A stretch of DNA of 64,000 nt from positions 26,859,908-26,923,907 of the forward strand of contig NC_052161.1 in the NCBI RefSeq assembly GCF_902713615.1, given 5' to 3'. The DNA comes from Scyliorhinus canicula (lineage: Eukaryota). A program made the translations under genes and the position numbers. The notes beneath the pieces were generated by a model. It was given only the letters and a program-made list of their open reading frames with translations, ran no database searches and was not told the origin of the DNA. Of this stretch, positions 36,255 to 48,010 are shown piece by piece (the first letter of the stretch is position 1; each line of letters opens with the position of its first letter).

Positions 36255-37295
36255 TTGAGCCATAGAGTTTTACAGCACAGAAAAAGGCCCTTTGGGCCAT
36301 CATGTCTGTGTTGGCCATCAAACACCTAACTATTCTAATCCCATAGACTTGGTCCGTTGTTGTGTGCTTATGGCATAGGGGCTGGTTTAGCACAGTGGGC
36401 TAAGCAGCTGGCTTGTAAAGTCGAACAAGGCCAGCATCGTGGGTTCAATTCCCGTACCATCCTCCCCGAACAGGCGCCGGAATGTGGCGACGAGGGGCTT
36501 TTCACAGTAACTTTATTTGACGCCTACTTGTGACAATAAGCCATTTTCATTTTATTTTTTCATTTCAAGTGCTCAAGAAAATGCTTTTTAAATGTTTGCG
36601 AGGATTCCTGCCTTCACCACCCTTTCAGACAGTGAGACCCAGATTCCCACCACCCTCTGGGTGAAAAATATTTTCCTCAAATTCCCTCTAAATCTCCTGC
36701 TCGTTACCTTAAATCTCTGCCCCCTGGTTATTGATCCCTCTACTAAAGGGAAAGATTTCTTCCTATGTACCCTATCTAGATCACTCAGAATTTTATACAC
36801 CTCAATCAGGCCTCCTCCCACCCCCAAGCCTTCTCTGCTCTAAGGAAAACAAATCCAGTCTATCCAGCCCCTCTTCATAGCTGAAATACTCCAGACAAGG
36901 CAATATCCTAGTGAATCTCTTCTGCACTCTTTCTATTGCAATCACTTCCTTCCTATAGAGTGGCGATCGGAACAACACACAGAACTCCAGTGTGGCCTAA
37001 CCAGCGTTTTATACAGCTCCATCATAACCTCCCTGCTCTTTTATTCTATGCCTTATCTAATAAAAGCAGGCATCCCATATGCCTTCTTAACCACCTTATT
37101 TACCTGTCCTGCTGCATATAGGGATCTATGGACATGCACCCCAAGGTCTCTCTGGCCTTCTGTACTTCCTAGTTGCCTGCTGTTCATTGCGTATTCCCTT
37201 GCCTTGTTAACCTTCCCAAAGTGCATCACCGCACACTTTTCATGGTTAAATTCCATCGGCCACTATTCTGCCCATCTGACCAGCCTGTCTATATC
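36255..37295 (-). mobile_element. CR1 LINE 3' fragment
   Basis: MEFNHEKCAVMHFGK..., LIEVYKIL..., FFTQRVVGIW remnants. Confidence 0.85.
36378..36566 (+). mobile_element. short tRNA-derived SINE inserted in the CR1 3' end
   Basis: Same family as 36041-36198. Confidence 0.8.
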
Positions 37296-37632
37296 ATTCT
37301 GTGTTAGCCAGTAACAGGGTCCAGCTGAATCCACCCCAGTACTCATTGGCAGCACTTGTACACTTCAAGCACAATGGGATTAGTTCAGAGGCCTATGGAC
37401 TGAAAGCTTCAGCTAACCATTTGTTTATGAGGTGAGGTGGGGTGGGGTGAGGTAAATCGAACAAACCAACCTATATTGGCTGTTTTTTCAACTATTTAAT
37501 ATTTTTGTCCCAAAAGTTTTGTCTGTTGCACTCATGCGTAATTCACTCATTTTCACGTTGATCATACCTGAACAGGAGATTGACTTTGCTTGAAGGATGA
37601 AGGATTAACTATTATTTATCAAAAAATACAAA

Positions 37633-38330
37633 GGTGGTGATTTTGAGCCTGCGTTAACCACCTCAGGGATTGGCAACATGGCGGGGAAATCCCACGAAAA
37701 TCGGGAAACGCCATTCTTGTCGGAGAGATTGTGTTTCCTGATTTTCCCCGCCCCTTGCTGGTGGCATCACAGGGTGCATGCCCACAAAGGGTGTGAATCG
37801 CATTTTAATAGGCTTACATCAATTTAAATATCATTAGCAGACACTCCACCACATGATTCCCCTCTCAAAATGTTCATACCTCACCGAACTGATGTCATGT
37901 TGGCCAGCAGGTTCGGCAAGATATAAGGCAGTTTCCTCTGGGGAGGGCAGGGGGGGGGTTAGGCAGAGGTACGTATAGCTCCCGGATGGAGAGGGTCATG
38001 CCCCTGGCACAGGTTGACGCTCCCAGGTTAGCACTGCCAGATTGACACTCCCAGTTGGCACTGGCAGATTAGCACATTGCCAGAGGACAGTGCTGGGGCA
38101 TGTCCTAGTGGGAGCCCCATGGATGGTGGGGTGGGGTGGGGGGGGGGGGGTGGCGTAGAGCAGACACTGAGGGTGGGGGGGTGTGAGTGCCTGCTATTTT
38201 TCTGCTGTATTGGTGAGGGGTTGGAATGCCAATGAGGATTGTTGTGGAGCGGAGAGCCCCCAAACGTTCCGTGATGGGGTCTGTGGGCCATTCGGCTCAA
38301 TGCTGATCAGGGCATCCTTTAAATATGGTA
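37633..38330 (+). mobile_element. Harbinger-family terminal/MITE sequence
   Basis: ggtgattttgagcctgcgttaaccacc... is homologous to the left end of the 5954 element. Confidence 0.55.
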
Positions 38331-38489
38331 CTCCGGCACCCCTGGGTAGTACCAGGATTCAAGTACAACAGTGTGTGCCTTGGAGGAGGACTTGTAGTTG
38401 ATGGAGGAGGAGTTGTAGTTGGTGGAGGGGGGCTTGTAGTTGTTGGTGATCCCATGCCAGCTAGGTCGCAGGTTTGGAGAGTGCTGTCC

Positions 38490-38670
38490 AGGCCTTGGCA
38501 AATTGCTCCAGGGTATCTTGTAGATAATACATACTGCTGCCAGTGTGTGCTAGTGGTGGAGAGAGTGACTGTCTAATTTGGTGCCAATCAAGTGAGCTAG
38601 TTTGTCCTGGGTATTGTTGAGTTTCTTGAATGTTCTTGTAGCTGCACTCGTCCTGCCGTGTGAGGGGTAT
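38490..38670 (-). mobile_element. CR1/L2-type LINE fragment
   Basis: Reverse-complement homology to ~1170-1340 and ~23905-24040. Confidence 0.5.
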
Positions 38671-38999
38671 TCAGTGGTACCCCAGAAAGGTTGGAGGGGG
38701 GAAATGAATTTCACAATGTGAATCTCTCTATTCCTGTGTTATAAAAAAGAAGAGGTAGAGGATGGTTGTATAGAAGAGGCTACATAGGAGAGAAGCATCA
38801 TGGATATTTGTTTCCGGCATGTCAATATCCATGCCGTGGAGATTACAGGCTTTACTTGGATTTCTGTTGCTGTCTTTGCCCCAAGGGGTTGAACTTTCCA
38901 CTTCAGAGGCAATCCAGAAGTTGTCAGCTTCATTCTGAAGACCTACAGCACATTTCTAACTATTGTCTGTAGCATTGGAAGTGACCACCGTGCTGAATT

Positions 39000-39620
39000 G
39001 TTTGTGCCACCGGGTTCTTTCGGGAAATCTCGAATGATCCTTATTTCAGTATCAGACAGCAGTCTACACAAAGGGGGTCACGGATGATTTATTCAGGAAG
39101 CCCTTGCAGCTAGAGACAGAGAGAAAATAGTCATTCTAAAGCTGCCACAATCGCAAGGACCATTTGATAGAATAAGTGTGACTTTGAATGTTCCATATAA
39201 CTACGCCACCCCCACTCTATATAATTAATAAGAATGGCTTTCATTCTACAAACATCCAGCTAGCGTCCAATGTCAGCCACCTTATCACACATGTCAATGT
39301 TCTGACCCAGGAAGTTGCAATGGCTCGTTTTATTGTGACAATTTCATCATACCTGCCATGGTGACCCAGAATCATGTATCAAGATGATAGTTTAGTGATC
39401 AGAAATATTTCCTGCAGCCATGGCTTGTGGCTTCAAGTAGCAAGGAGAAGACCAAATATAATGAGGCCCAAGGGAGCGCAATAATATTCAGAGAGCAGAC
39501 TTGGAGGCATTTTGAAGTCTCGGTTTAGGTGCCTGGGTAAAACGTGCCATCCAGGCGAGCGGTCTCTGTGGATTTGCTGCTGTAAGACAATGCAGAAAGA
39601 GATACAACCTGCTAACACTG
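39000..39620 (+). pseudogene. highly decayed HARBI1-like (Harbinger) transposase
   Basis: NKNGFHSTNIQ, SD.KYFLQPWL, KYNEAQ and a GILKSRFRCL-like motif (ggcattttgaagtctcggtttaggtgcctg). Confidence 0.65.
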
Positions 39621-40320
39621 AAGGAAATAATGGCAGTATTTGAAGAATATAGACAAATCTCTTCATTTCCACATCTAGAGGAAGAGGGTGTTCAAGAAGG
39701 GTAGGAGATTGAGCCACAGAGCCAACAGCTTGCAGCCAGAGAAAAGCAGCAGTGACTAGTAGCCGACTGCTTTCCGCAAATAAAAGCCATGAAACAAAAT
39801 AACATTTCTCCCCTTCCGACACATCCTGCCAATCCAACTGCCAGAAAGGTGACTTATTTTCCCAAAGGCTTCGGTAGTTTGTCTTGATGACTCAAGAGTC
39901 ACGCTCACACATGTTATCATTTCAAGCCCACGACATAACCATTCACAGAAATGTTACTTTGAAGCCTATTCGGCCAAACAATTTTACTGCTCCAAAAGTT
40001 AATAAAAGCTTCCAATCACTTTGCACATTCTGACTGCCCATATTTTGTTTTACTACAGCTTTGACCCTCTGTGCCAGTTGTCTTACTTGTTTGAGATGCT
40101 AATCTCACACTTCGGGCAAGTTACTTCCTGGCTGATGTGAGGCTGAGCTTAGCTGGAGAGATCCTTCTGGAGCTTAGCTGCTGGTATTGAGGGACCTGCT
40201 TCTGGTCGCCAGATCCATGTATCGTCAATGAGTGACAGGCTTAAGTCTGAAACTCTCTCAGGTACTGGCATTGCAGGGGGTTTTAAATCAGTCAAATTGC
40301 CACTCTCATGAGGATCAATA

Positions 40321-40656
40321 ACATAGAATTTACAGTGCAGAAGGAGGCCATTCGGCCCATCGAGCTGCACCGGCCCTTACAAGGAGCATCCTAACGAAGC
40401 CCATATCTACCCTATCTCCGCAACCCAGTAACCTCCACTTAACATGTTTTGGACATGAATGGCAATTTAGCCTGGCCAATCCACCTAACCCGCATATCTT
40501 TGGACTGTGGGAGGAAACCGGAGCACCCGAAGGAAACCCACGCAGACACGGGGAGAAAGTGCAGACTCTGGACAGAGAGTGACCCAGCCAGGAATCGAAC
40601 CTGGGACCCTGGAACTGTGAAGCAACTGTGCTAACTACTATGCCACCGTGCTGCCC
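40321..40656 (-). mobile_element. HE1-like V-SINE
   Basis: Full head, core and tail. Confidence 0.88.
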
Positions 40657-41933
40657 AACATGTGTCAGATGTGCTATCAGTTGGTGTCAATAGAGACTGA
40701 AGAGTCTGGAAGCTCTGTGAAAATGTTCTGTTCAGGCAAACGCTCAAAGCATCTATTGAAGCAGTGGTAGCTGCCATTCTGGAAGCCACCCACCTTTGCC
40801 ACAGCTTTTTCTGGTGTCGTTTCGCTGCAGAAATCTCCTAGACTGTCACTCTCCTAGGTGCTGTGCATGTCCTGCAATATGGTGTAAATGCATATCATGG
40901 GATTGTTCCACTTCTTCCTCTCTTTAGCAAATGCAATGAAACCCTAACCCTGCATGAGATCTACGATCAGAATCATCTTTCGAAAAGCTGAGCCACTGAG
41001 GTCACAGTCCCTAAACTCTTCAGCCAAATGATATCATTTCTACGCCCTCTGTAACGGGATGGCACACCCCTCTCCAATTTTCAGGTTATCACATCCGCTC
41101 ATGCTTGAGGCTTCACCCAGCCATACTCTTCAGACTTATTTACTCAGAGATTTTTTGCCGAGGCAGATAAGATTTTATAACTGTGTTTGTGAAGGTGTGG
41201 CATTATTAATCTTGATGACCCTGGCTACTCCTCCGAGTGACTGATTTCAACTACTGTTTCCAAGTCATCTATGATCTCAAAAACAGAGAGGCTTGTCCAG
41301 CTGTGTCAACACTAAAATGACTCCTAGAAGATATAGGAGTTAAAAGGGAATGTTTCATCTCTGTCTCCTAAACCCTTGCTGTTTGTGTGCCTATGAACTG
41401 CAAACTTCCTTCTTGTATGCTGCAAAGCATCTGTTCCTCCTCCAACTGTTGTGCCTCCTGGTCCTACAAAAGAGAGTAGAAAAACTATCTGTCGATCTTT
41501 ATCATTTTCCTCTTCAGAGTTGTCTTTACTTGGCAGAAAGCCAACGCATTCTCCTCACTCAATTCACAGGTAAAATCACTGTCAGGGCCCATTGATATAA
41601 TTGGAGCCTAATTAGCACTCAGGATTATGACCCCATTGGCTTCTAACAGATGGCTTAGATACCAGTCCAGAGTCATCCATTAAAGTAAAACCAGTCGGGC
41701 TCTGGGTAAGCAACCCAAGACATTTTAACTGTCCAGCTGCATGGTTTCAATGCTGGGTAGGTAGAGTTAAAATGTACCACTCTATCCATAATCTTTATGG
41801 AATTTTTAAACCACCATTTGAAATTATTCATTTTACAAATGTGGCCCAAGTATCATTATTGTAGACAAGAGGGACACCAGTGGATGCAGTCAGCAATATT
41901 TATACTGTTTGAAGTTGCATTCGTTAGTCCACT

Positions 41934-42210
41934 GGCATGGTGGCATAGTGGTTAGCACTGTTGCCTCACCGCGCCAGGGACCCGGTTCTTTTCGCACTTG
42001 GGTGATTTTGTGGGTTTCCTCTGTGTGCTCCGATTTCTTCCCACAGTACAAACAATGTGCAGGTTAGGTGCCCCTTTGTGTCCAAAAGGTTATGGGGTTA
42101 TGGGGAGAGGTTGGGGGACTGGGCCTGAGTAGGGTGCTCTTTCAGAGGGTTGGTGCAGACTCGATGGGCCAAATGGCCTCCTTCTGCACTGTAGGGATTC
42201 TATTATTCTA
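41934..42210 (+). mobile_element. HE1-like V-SINE
   Basis: Head, core and tail ctgcactgtagggattctat. Confidence 0.8.
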
Positions 42211-42324
42211 ATCCACAGGCTATGGAAAAGAAACTGCAGTGCAAATTCCCATTGCGTCTGGAATCAATGAGTGCCAGGATCACCTGTCCATTAGTCAGCG
42301 TGTTCTGCGATGGCTATCTTGCAT

Positions 42325-42615
42325 TTTCTTTATTCATTTATGGGTCAGCATTTATTGCCCATCTCTAATTGCCCTCGAGCTTCTTTCTTGAATCGCTACA
42401 GATCCTGAGATGTTGGTATACCCACAGTTCCAATAAGAAGGGAATTCCAGGATTTTGACCCTGCGGCAGTGAAGGAACGGTCATATATTTCCAAGTCAGG
42501 ATGGTGAGTGACTGGGAAGGGAACCTCCAGGTTGTGGTGTTCCCATGTATCTGCTGCCCTGTCCTTCTAGATGGTAGTGGTTGCGGATTTAGAAGAGGTT
42601 GTCTAAGGAACCTGG
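42325..42615 (-). mobile_element. CR1/L2-type LINE 3' end
   Basis: Reverse complement of the 1330-1630 and 24040-24400 tail. Confidence 0.75.
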
Positions 42616-43934
42616 TTAGGTCCCAGTATTTTGTCACTATAGTCTATTGCTCAATCATATAAACAATTATTTGGACAAAGTCCTTGGGCGGGATTCTCCA
42701 TCGGTGCTCGGCAGTGGTTTCTTTATTCAGAATGTTGTTGATTGTTTTAGAATATTATGGATTGTCTCAGCTGCTGGGGTGGAATTTCTCACAGTTGTCA
42801 AAGTTGAGCTGAGTTTTCAGAACAGGCTGTTGAATGTGAAATTACCTGATGTTTCCTCAGTGAGGTGGAAGTTCAAATATTTATTTCTTTGTACTTACAG
42901 AGCACTAGCCTGACAGGAAAAAGGCTTAAACAATTTCTGCATACTTGGAATAAAGCAGCAGTTGCTGAGTCAATTCAATTGATATTTTGTTACCTCTCCC
43001 ATTGAAGGTATGTTTTCACCACTCTTAATTTGTATGTCTGCAACTATATCTCAAAAAACAATGAGCATATTTTAAGAAAACTTGGGACACCGGTGGGGCA
43101 TGGCACAAGGAAGAATCCCAGAATTGTTTTAAGGATGTGTTAACATTCGGAGATAGGGCAAAATAAACTTTTCAATTATTTATTTCAAAACAATGATAAA
43201 TTGCTTGAGAAGTCACATGCATTTACACAAGCAAATTTACTGATTTTATTGGCAAATGTTCCTGATCTGGATAACTTTTGGGATTCTAAGATCATTTATA
43301 CACACGTGGTTAATAACTTTGAGTTAAAAACAATGTGGCGGAGGTACTGACCACGCCCCTCACTTGTTAGCACCTGTTTTTCAACTGAATAGAATTTCTT
43401 TTCTTGTTGATTTTCCTCATTTGTAGATTCTGAAGATGTCTGCTTGCTGTCCCTGTGGCGAAGATGTGTCTATTCCAAGCTGGGCTTATGGTGTTCCCTG
43501 AATTCTATAACTCTATGCTGTGAATGGTGAAGATTTGATAATACAAACCTACTGGACAGAGACGGAGTTACAATGAAACACATTGTGCCTAACCACAGGT
43601 CCCTGACCAATGGGACAACCCTAAGCCAGGTCGATGCACTGGGCATCCAATCGGAGGCTGATTACTCTACATTGGCTGGCAGGTTCAACAAACACAAATG
43701 AGCCTAACAGGAGCAAATGTAGAGCAAAATCAGACACTGATTGGTGAGACTGAAAGAGCGGGGAAACTGGCAATAAACGGTTAACTTGAGGTGTGCGCGC
43801 ACAAGACCACAACAAGAGGTGAGGCAGAGGCTTCTGAGGATCATGTTATCAGGAGCCGAGCAGGTTTGTGCCAGGCATCCATACTACTAGACCCAGGCCA
43901 GCAACAGTGAAACCTGACTGCCAAATCATCCACG

Positions 43935-44950
43935 AGGAATGTATACGGCATGCTTGCCTTCATCGGCCATGCATTGAGTACAAGAGTTGGCAGGTCATGT
44001 TATAGTTGTATATACCTTTAGTTAGGCCACATTTGGAATATTGCAAGCAGTTCTGGTAGCCACACTACCAGAAGGACGCGGATGCTTTGAAGAGTGCAAA
44101 GAAGATTTACCAGGATGTTGCCTGCTTCTGGAGTGTGTTAGCTATGAGGAGAGGTTGAATAAACACGGATTTTTCTTTTTTGAAAGATGGAGGCTCAGGG
44201 GAAACCTGATTGAGGTCTACAAAATTACATAGAACAGTACAGCACAGAACAGGCCCTTCGGCCCTCAATGTTGTGCCGAGCCATGAATTACCCTACTCAA
44301 ACCCACGTATCCACCCTATACCCGTAACCCAACAACCCCCCCCTTAACCTTACTTTTATTAGGACACTACGGGCAATTTAGCATGGCCAATCCACCTAAC
44401 CCGCACATCTTTGGACTGTGGGAGGAAACCGGAGCACCCGGAGGAAACCCACGCACACAGGGGGAGGACGTGCAGACTCCACACAGACAGTGACCCAGCC
44501 GGGAATCGAACCTGGGACCCTGGAGCTGTGAAGCATTTATGCTAACCACCATGCTACCCTGCTGCCCCTATGAGAATTATGAGAAGTATTATGAGAAATT
44601 ATGAGAAGTATAGACAGGGTGAATAATCACAAGTTTTTTTCCCAGATTGGAAGACTCAATTACAAGGGGAACAGTTTCAAGGTGAGAGGGGGAAAGTTTA
44701 GGGGAGATGTGCGAGAAACGTTTTTCATGCAGAGGGTGGTGGGTACCTGGAACGTGTTGCCAGTGGAAGTGGTGGAGGCAGAGATGATAGCAACGTTTAA
44801 GATGCATCTTGATAGACACATGAACGGGTGAGGAATGGAAGAATATAGAGCATTTAAGCAATAAATTGTCGGTCTAAATAAGGAATCTGGATCGGCGTTG
44901 GTTTGGTGGGTTGAAGGGCCTGTTCCTGAGCTGCAATGTTCTTTGTTCTT
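43935..44950 (+). mobile_element. CR1 LINE 3' fragment split by a SINE
   Basis: LVRPHLEY, SYEERL, RLRGNLIEVYKI and FFMQRVVGTWN motifs, with CR1 tail. Confidence 0.85.
44228..44568 (-). mobile_element. young HE1-like V-SINE
   Basis: Near-identical to 50321-50666. Confidence 0.9.
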
Positions 44951-45483
44951 TGAGGTCAACTGTTGAACAGGTGGGGTGAGCAGGTTTGCATTGGGGGGGC
45001 GGCACGAGCAGACCTAGGCAGCAACAGGCGGGCATTGACAACCCACAGCAAGGGAGAGGTGTGATGAACGAGGCAGACTGCCTTGAAGACCCCCAGGCGA
45101 GTGAATTGAGTGAGATTGTGAGAACAGCAGAGTGTGAGGGGTGGGTTGAATGTGAGGGGATGGGGTGGGAGGGAAGACTGTGAGGGGAAAAGAGTGTGTG
45201 AGGGTGTTAGTTTACAGACTTGTAGGGAAGGAGAGGGTGTGAGAGCCAGGTTGCATTTTGGAGGGAGGGGAATTTATGATGGGGTTGGGGTCCAGAGAGA
45301 GTATGAGTTTGTGAGGGGAATTGGCAGGAGGACAGTAGAGTGAATGTTGTTTGAAATCCATGATGAGAATCACGGTTTCATAGTTAAAGGATTCATCCAA
45401 TTTTTGCAGAGCTCGAACCGATAAAAACTTGGGATTGGCTGTGCAAACCACCCCCCCCCCCCCGCTCTTTCAGATACTTTATT

Positions 45484-45670
45484 AGCTGGTTTAGCTCACT
45501 CAGCTAAATCGCTGGCTTTTAAAGCTGACCAAGCAGGCCAGCAGCACGGTTCGATTCCCGTACCAGCCTCCCCGGACAGGCGCCGGAATGTGGCGACTAG
45601 GGGCTTTTCACAGTAACTTCATTGAAGCCTACTCGCGACAATAAGCGATTTTCATTTCATTTCTTTTCAT
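45484..45670 (+). mobile_element. short tRNA-derived SINE (36041 family)
   Basis: Same head and tail. Confidence 0.82.
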
Positions 45671-45744
45671 AAAATCAAGATTAGCTTCTTTAGAAAATGC
45701 AGAAAACAAGAGGACGAAGCTGGGGAAAAAGATCTATGCCCACT

Positions 45745-46022
45745 GCTCTGCCCTATCCCCACAACCCTGCGCATTGATCATGGCCAATACACCTAACCTG
45801 CACATTTTTGGAGACTAAGGGGCAATTTAGCATGGCCAATCCACCTAACCTGCATATCTTTTGACACTAAGGGGAAATTTAGCATGGCCAATCTACCGAG
45901 CCTGCGCATCTTTGGACTGAGGGAAGAAACTTGAGCACCCGAAGGAAACCCACATGGGGAGAACAGACAATCATCCAAAACTATAATAGAACCTGGGTCC
46001 CTGGCACTGTGAGGCAGCAGTC
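45745..46022 (-). mobile_element. V-SINE with an internal tandem triplication
   Basis: catggccaat..acc.a.cctgc unit repeated three times. Confidence 0.75.
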
Positions 46023-46079
46023 CTTTCAAACCTCATATTAAAGTTATGTGTGTGTTCATTCAAAGATGTAAATTATCTG

Positions 46080-48010
46080 GAAGATTTGATTCTGAACTAT
46101 CGGTTCAGTTTGGACAGGAGTGTTCTTATTGGTGAAAAGTCAGACTTCTGTCTTTGGGACTATCTCTAAGAGGGTATGATGAGTCATTATTGTCAAATCG
46201 AAGAGGTAAGCTTTTGGTCTGCCTTGAATATCTCAGTGAATTTGATGAGCATCCTAAAGAGCATTTGAAAAGTTTTTGTGCCTCAGGGAAGGCCAACATT
46301 TTTATGCACCAAACCTACGATGACCATTATAATGGTAGAGTGATTCAGAAACCAATTCACTAATGAAGTAAAATATGCCAAATACTATTCCATAACTGTT
46401 GATTCAACACCAGATGTGCGCCAATTAACATTAATTTTAAGATATGTGGCCAGTGATGGGGAGTTGTAGAACCATTTCTGTTTTGTCCAGCTACAACCCT
46501 ACGCTTTTGAGTGCCTGGAGACAACTGTTTTTGAAATCATTGTAAATTTAGGTTTAGACATCAAAAACTGTCATGGGCAGCGCTTCAATAATGCTACAAA
46601 TATGACAGGAAAATATTCAGGTATGTAAGCAAGGTTGAACAATGCAAGCCCCTGGGAATTATTCATTCCATGTTCCAGTCAATCTTTGAATCTAATCTGC
46701 AGCTGCGGCTGAATCCTGTGAGGGAGCTGTACATTTTTTTTACTTTGTTGAAAACGTGTATGCCTTGTTTTGGTTTTCACGCAAATGTTACAATCAAGCT
46801 TGGAGCAGGCATATGGAAAACATTTAACAGTCACAAGCATTTGTGACACCAGGAGCTCATGTGAATGCTGTTTTGGCTTTGGAAATTAACCATATTAGAC
46901 ATATACACATCAAATTCAGAAAAAAAACATGTTTGAAAGCTGAAGCAAAATCTTTAGCAGAGAAGTTTGAAAGGTACAATATTGCTGTTTTTACACTTTT
47001 ATGCAAAGAATTAATAGCATCAGCAAATCGCAGCAAAATATTGATATAATATAATTGAATGCTGCACAATTGTTAGCCTCAGTTAAACGTTTTGTCATGG
47101 AAGTTTGAAATGACTATAGCTCGGTGGAAGCAGAGGCACCAACATTAACAAAAGATATAAGTCCCTCTGATGATGAGAAGTGTTCAAGACATAGAAAGTT
47201 ATATGAAACTAGTGACAATTAAATTACTTTAAAATTAAAAAGAGAAGATCATCATTGAGACTGCCAAAGTTATTTGTGACACAAAAATGATGCAATAGCA
47301 GATTAGAAGTAAATCTCTGAAGAAAACTGTTGATTTATTTTGCCATCTTCTTTAGTGAGGTTTGGATGAAAATGCTAAAAACAAAACACTGCAGTAAAAT
47401 ATTAAGTGAATTTTATCGGGAGGACAGAGACACAAATCTTTTTGAAGATGAAGTGAAACAATTCATTCATTTCATCGAGAATGATGAGCTCTGTGCTTTA
47501 AGATCATCAGCTGATTTGTACAGACTTGTACGCGATGGTTTGCAGATGTGGAAACCATTCTGAAAACGTTTTTAATCATACCTGTCATAAATGTTTCCAG
47601 TGGGTATTCTTTTTCTGTATTGTAAAGAGTTTAAACTTATTTGTGAAGTATGATGAATGAGGACCATTTGACAAGTTCAGCCATATTGAGTATTAAAAGT
47701 GCATCTTTAGGGCAGCACGGTGGCACAGTGGTTAGCATTGCTGTCTACGGCGCTGAGGACCTGGGTTCGAATCCCGGCCCTGGGTCACTGTCTGTGAGGA
47801 GTTTGCACATTCTCCCCGTGTCTGTGTGGGTTTCGCCCCCACAACCCAAAGATGTGCAGGGTAGGTGGATTGGCCACGTTAAATTGCCCCTTAATTGGAA
47901 AAAATAATTGGGTACTCTAAAGTTTTTTTTTTAAAGTGCATCTTTACAGGATTTTACCTCTGATAATGTTATTGATGATTTTGTGAAGAGAAAGTGTAGA
48001 AAAATAAGTG
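46080..48010 (+). pseudogene. decayed hAT (Tip100/ZMYM1-like) transposase
   Basis: GLSLRGYDE, KYYSITVDSTPDV..LTLILRYV, GQ.FNNATNMTGKYSG, MMNEDHLTSSAILSI and VIDDFVKRK remnants. Probable right TIR aaatccgcctctg ends at 54763. Confidence 0.75.
47710..47932 (+). mobile_element. short-tailed V-SINE
   Basis: 14-bp TSD AAAGTGCATCTTTA. Confidence 0.9.

Noticed and set aside
42899-43037. Exon-like 11-nt and 44-nt segments on the minus strand
   Set aside because: Upstream of the identified promoter, no recognisable peptide, and such matches are expected by chance
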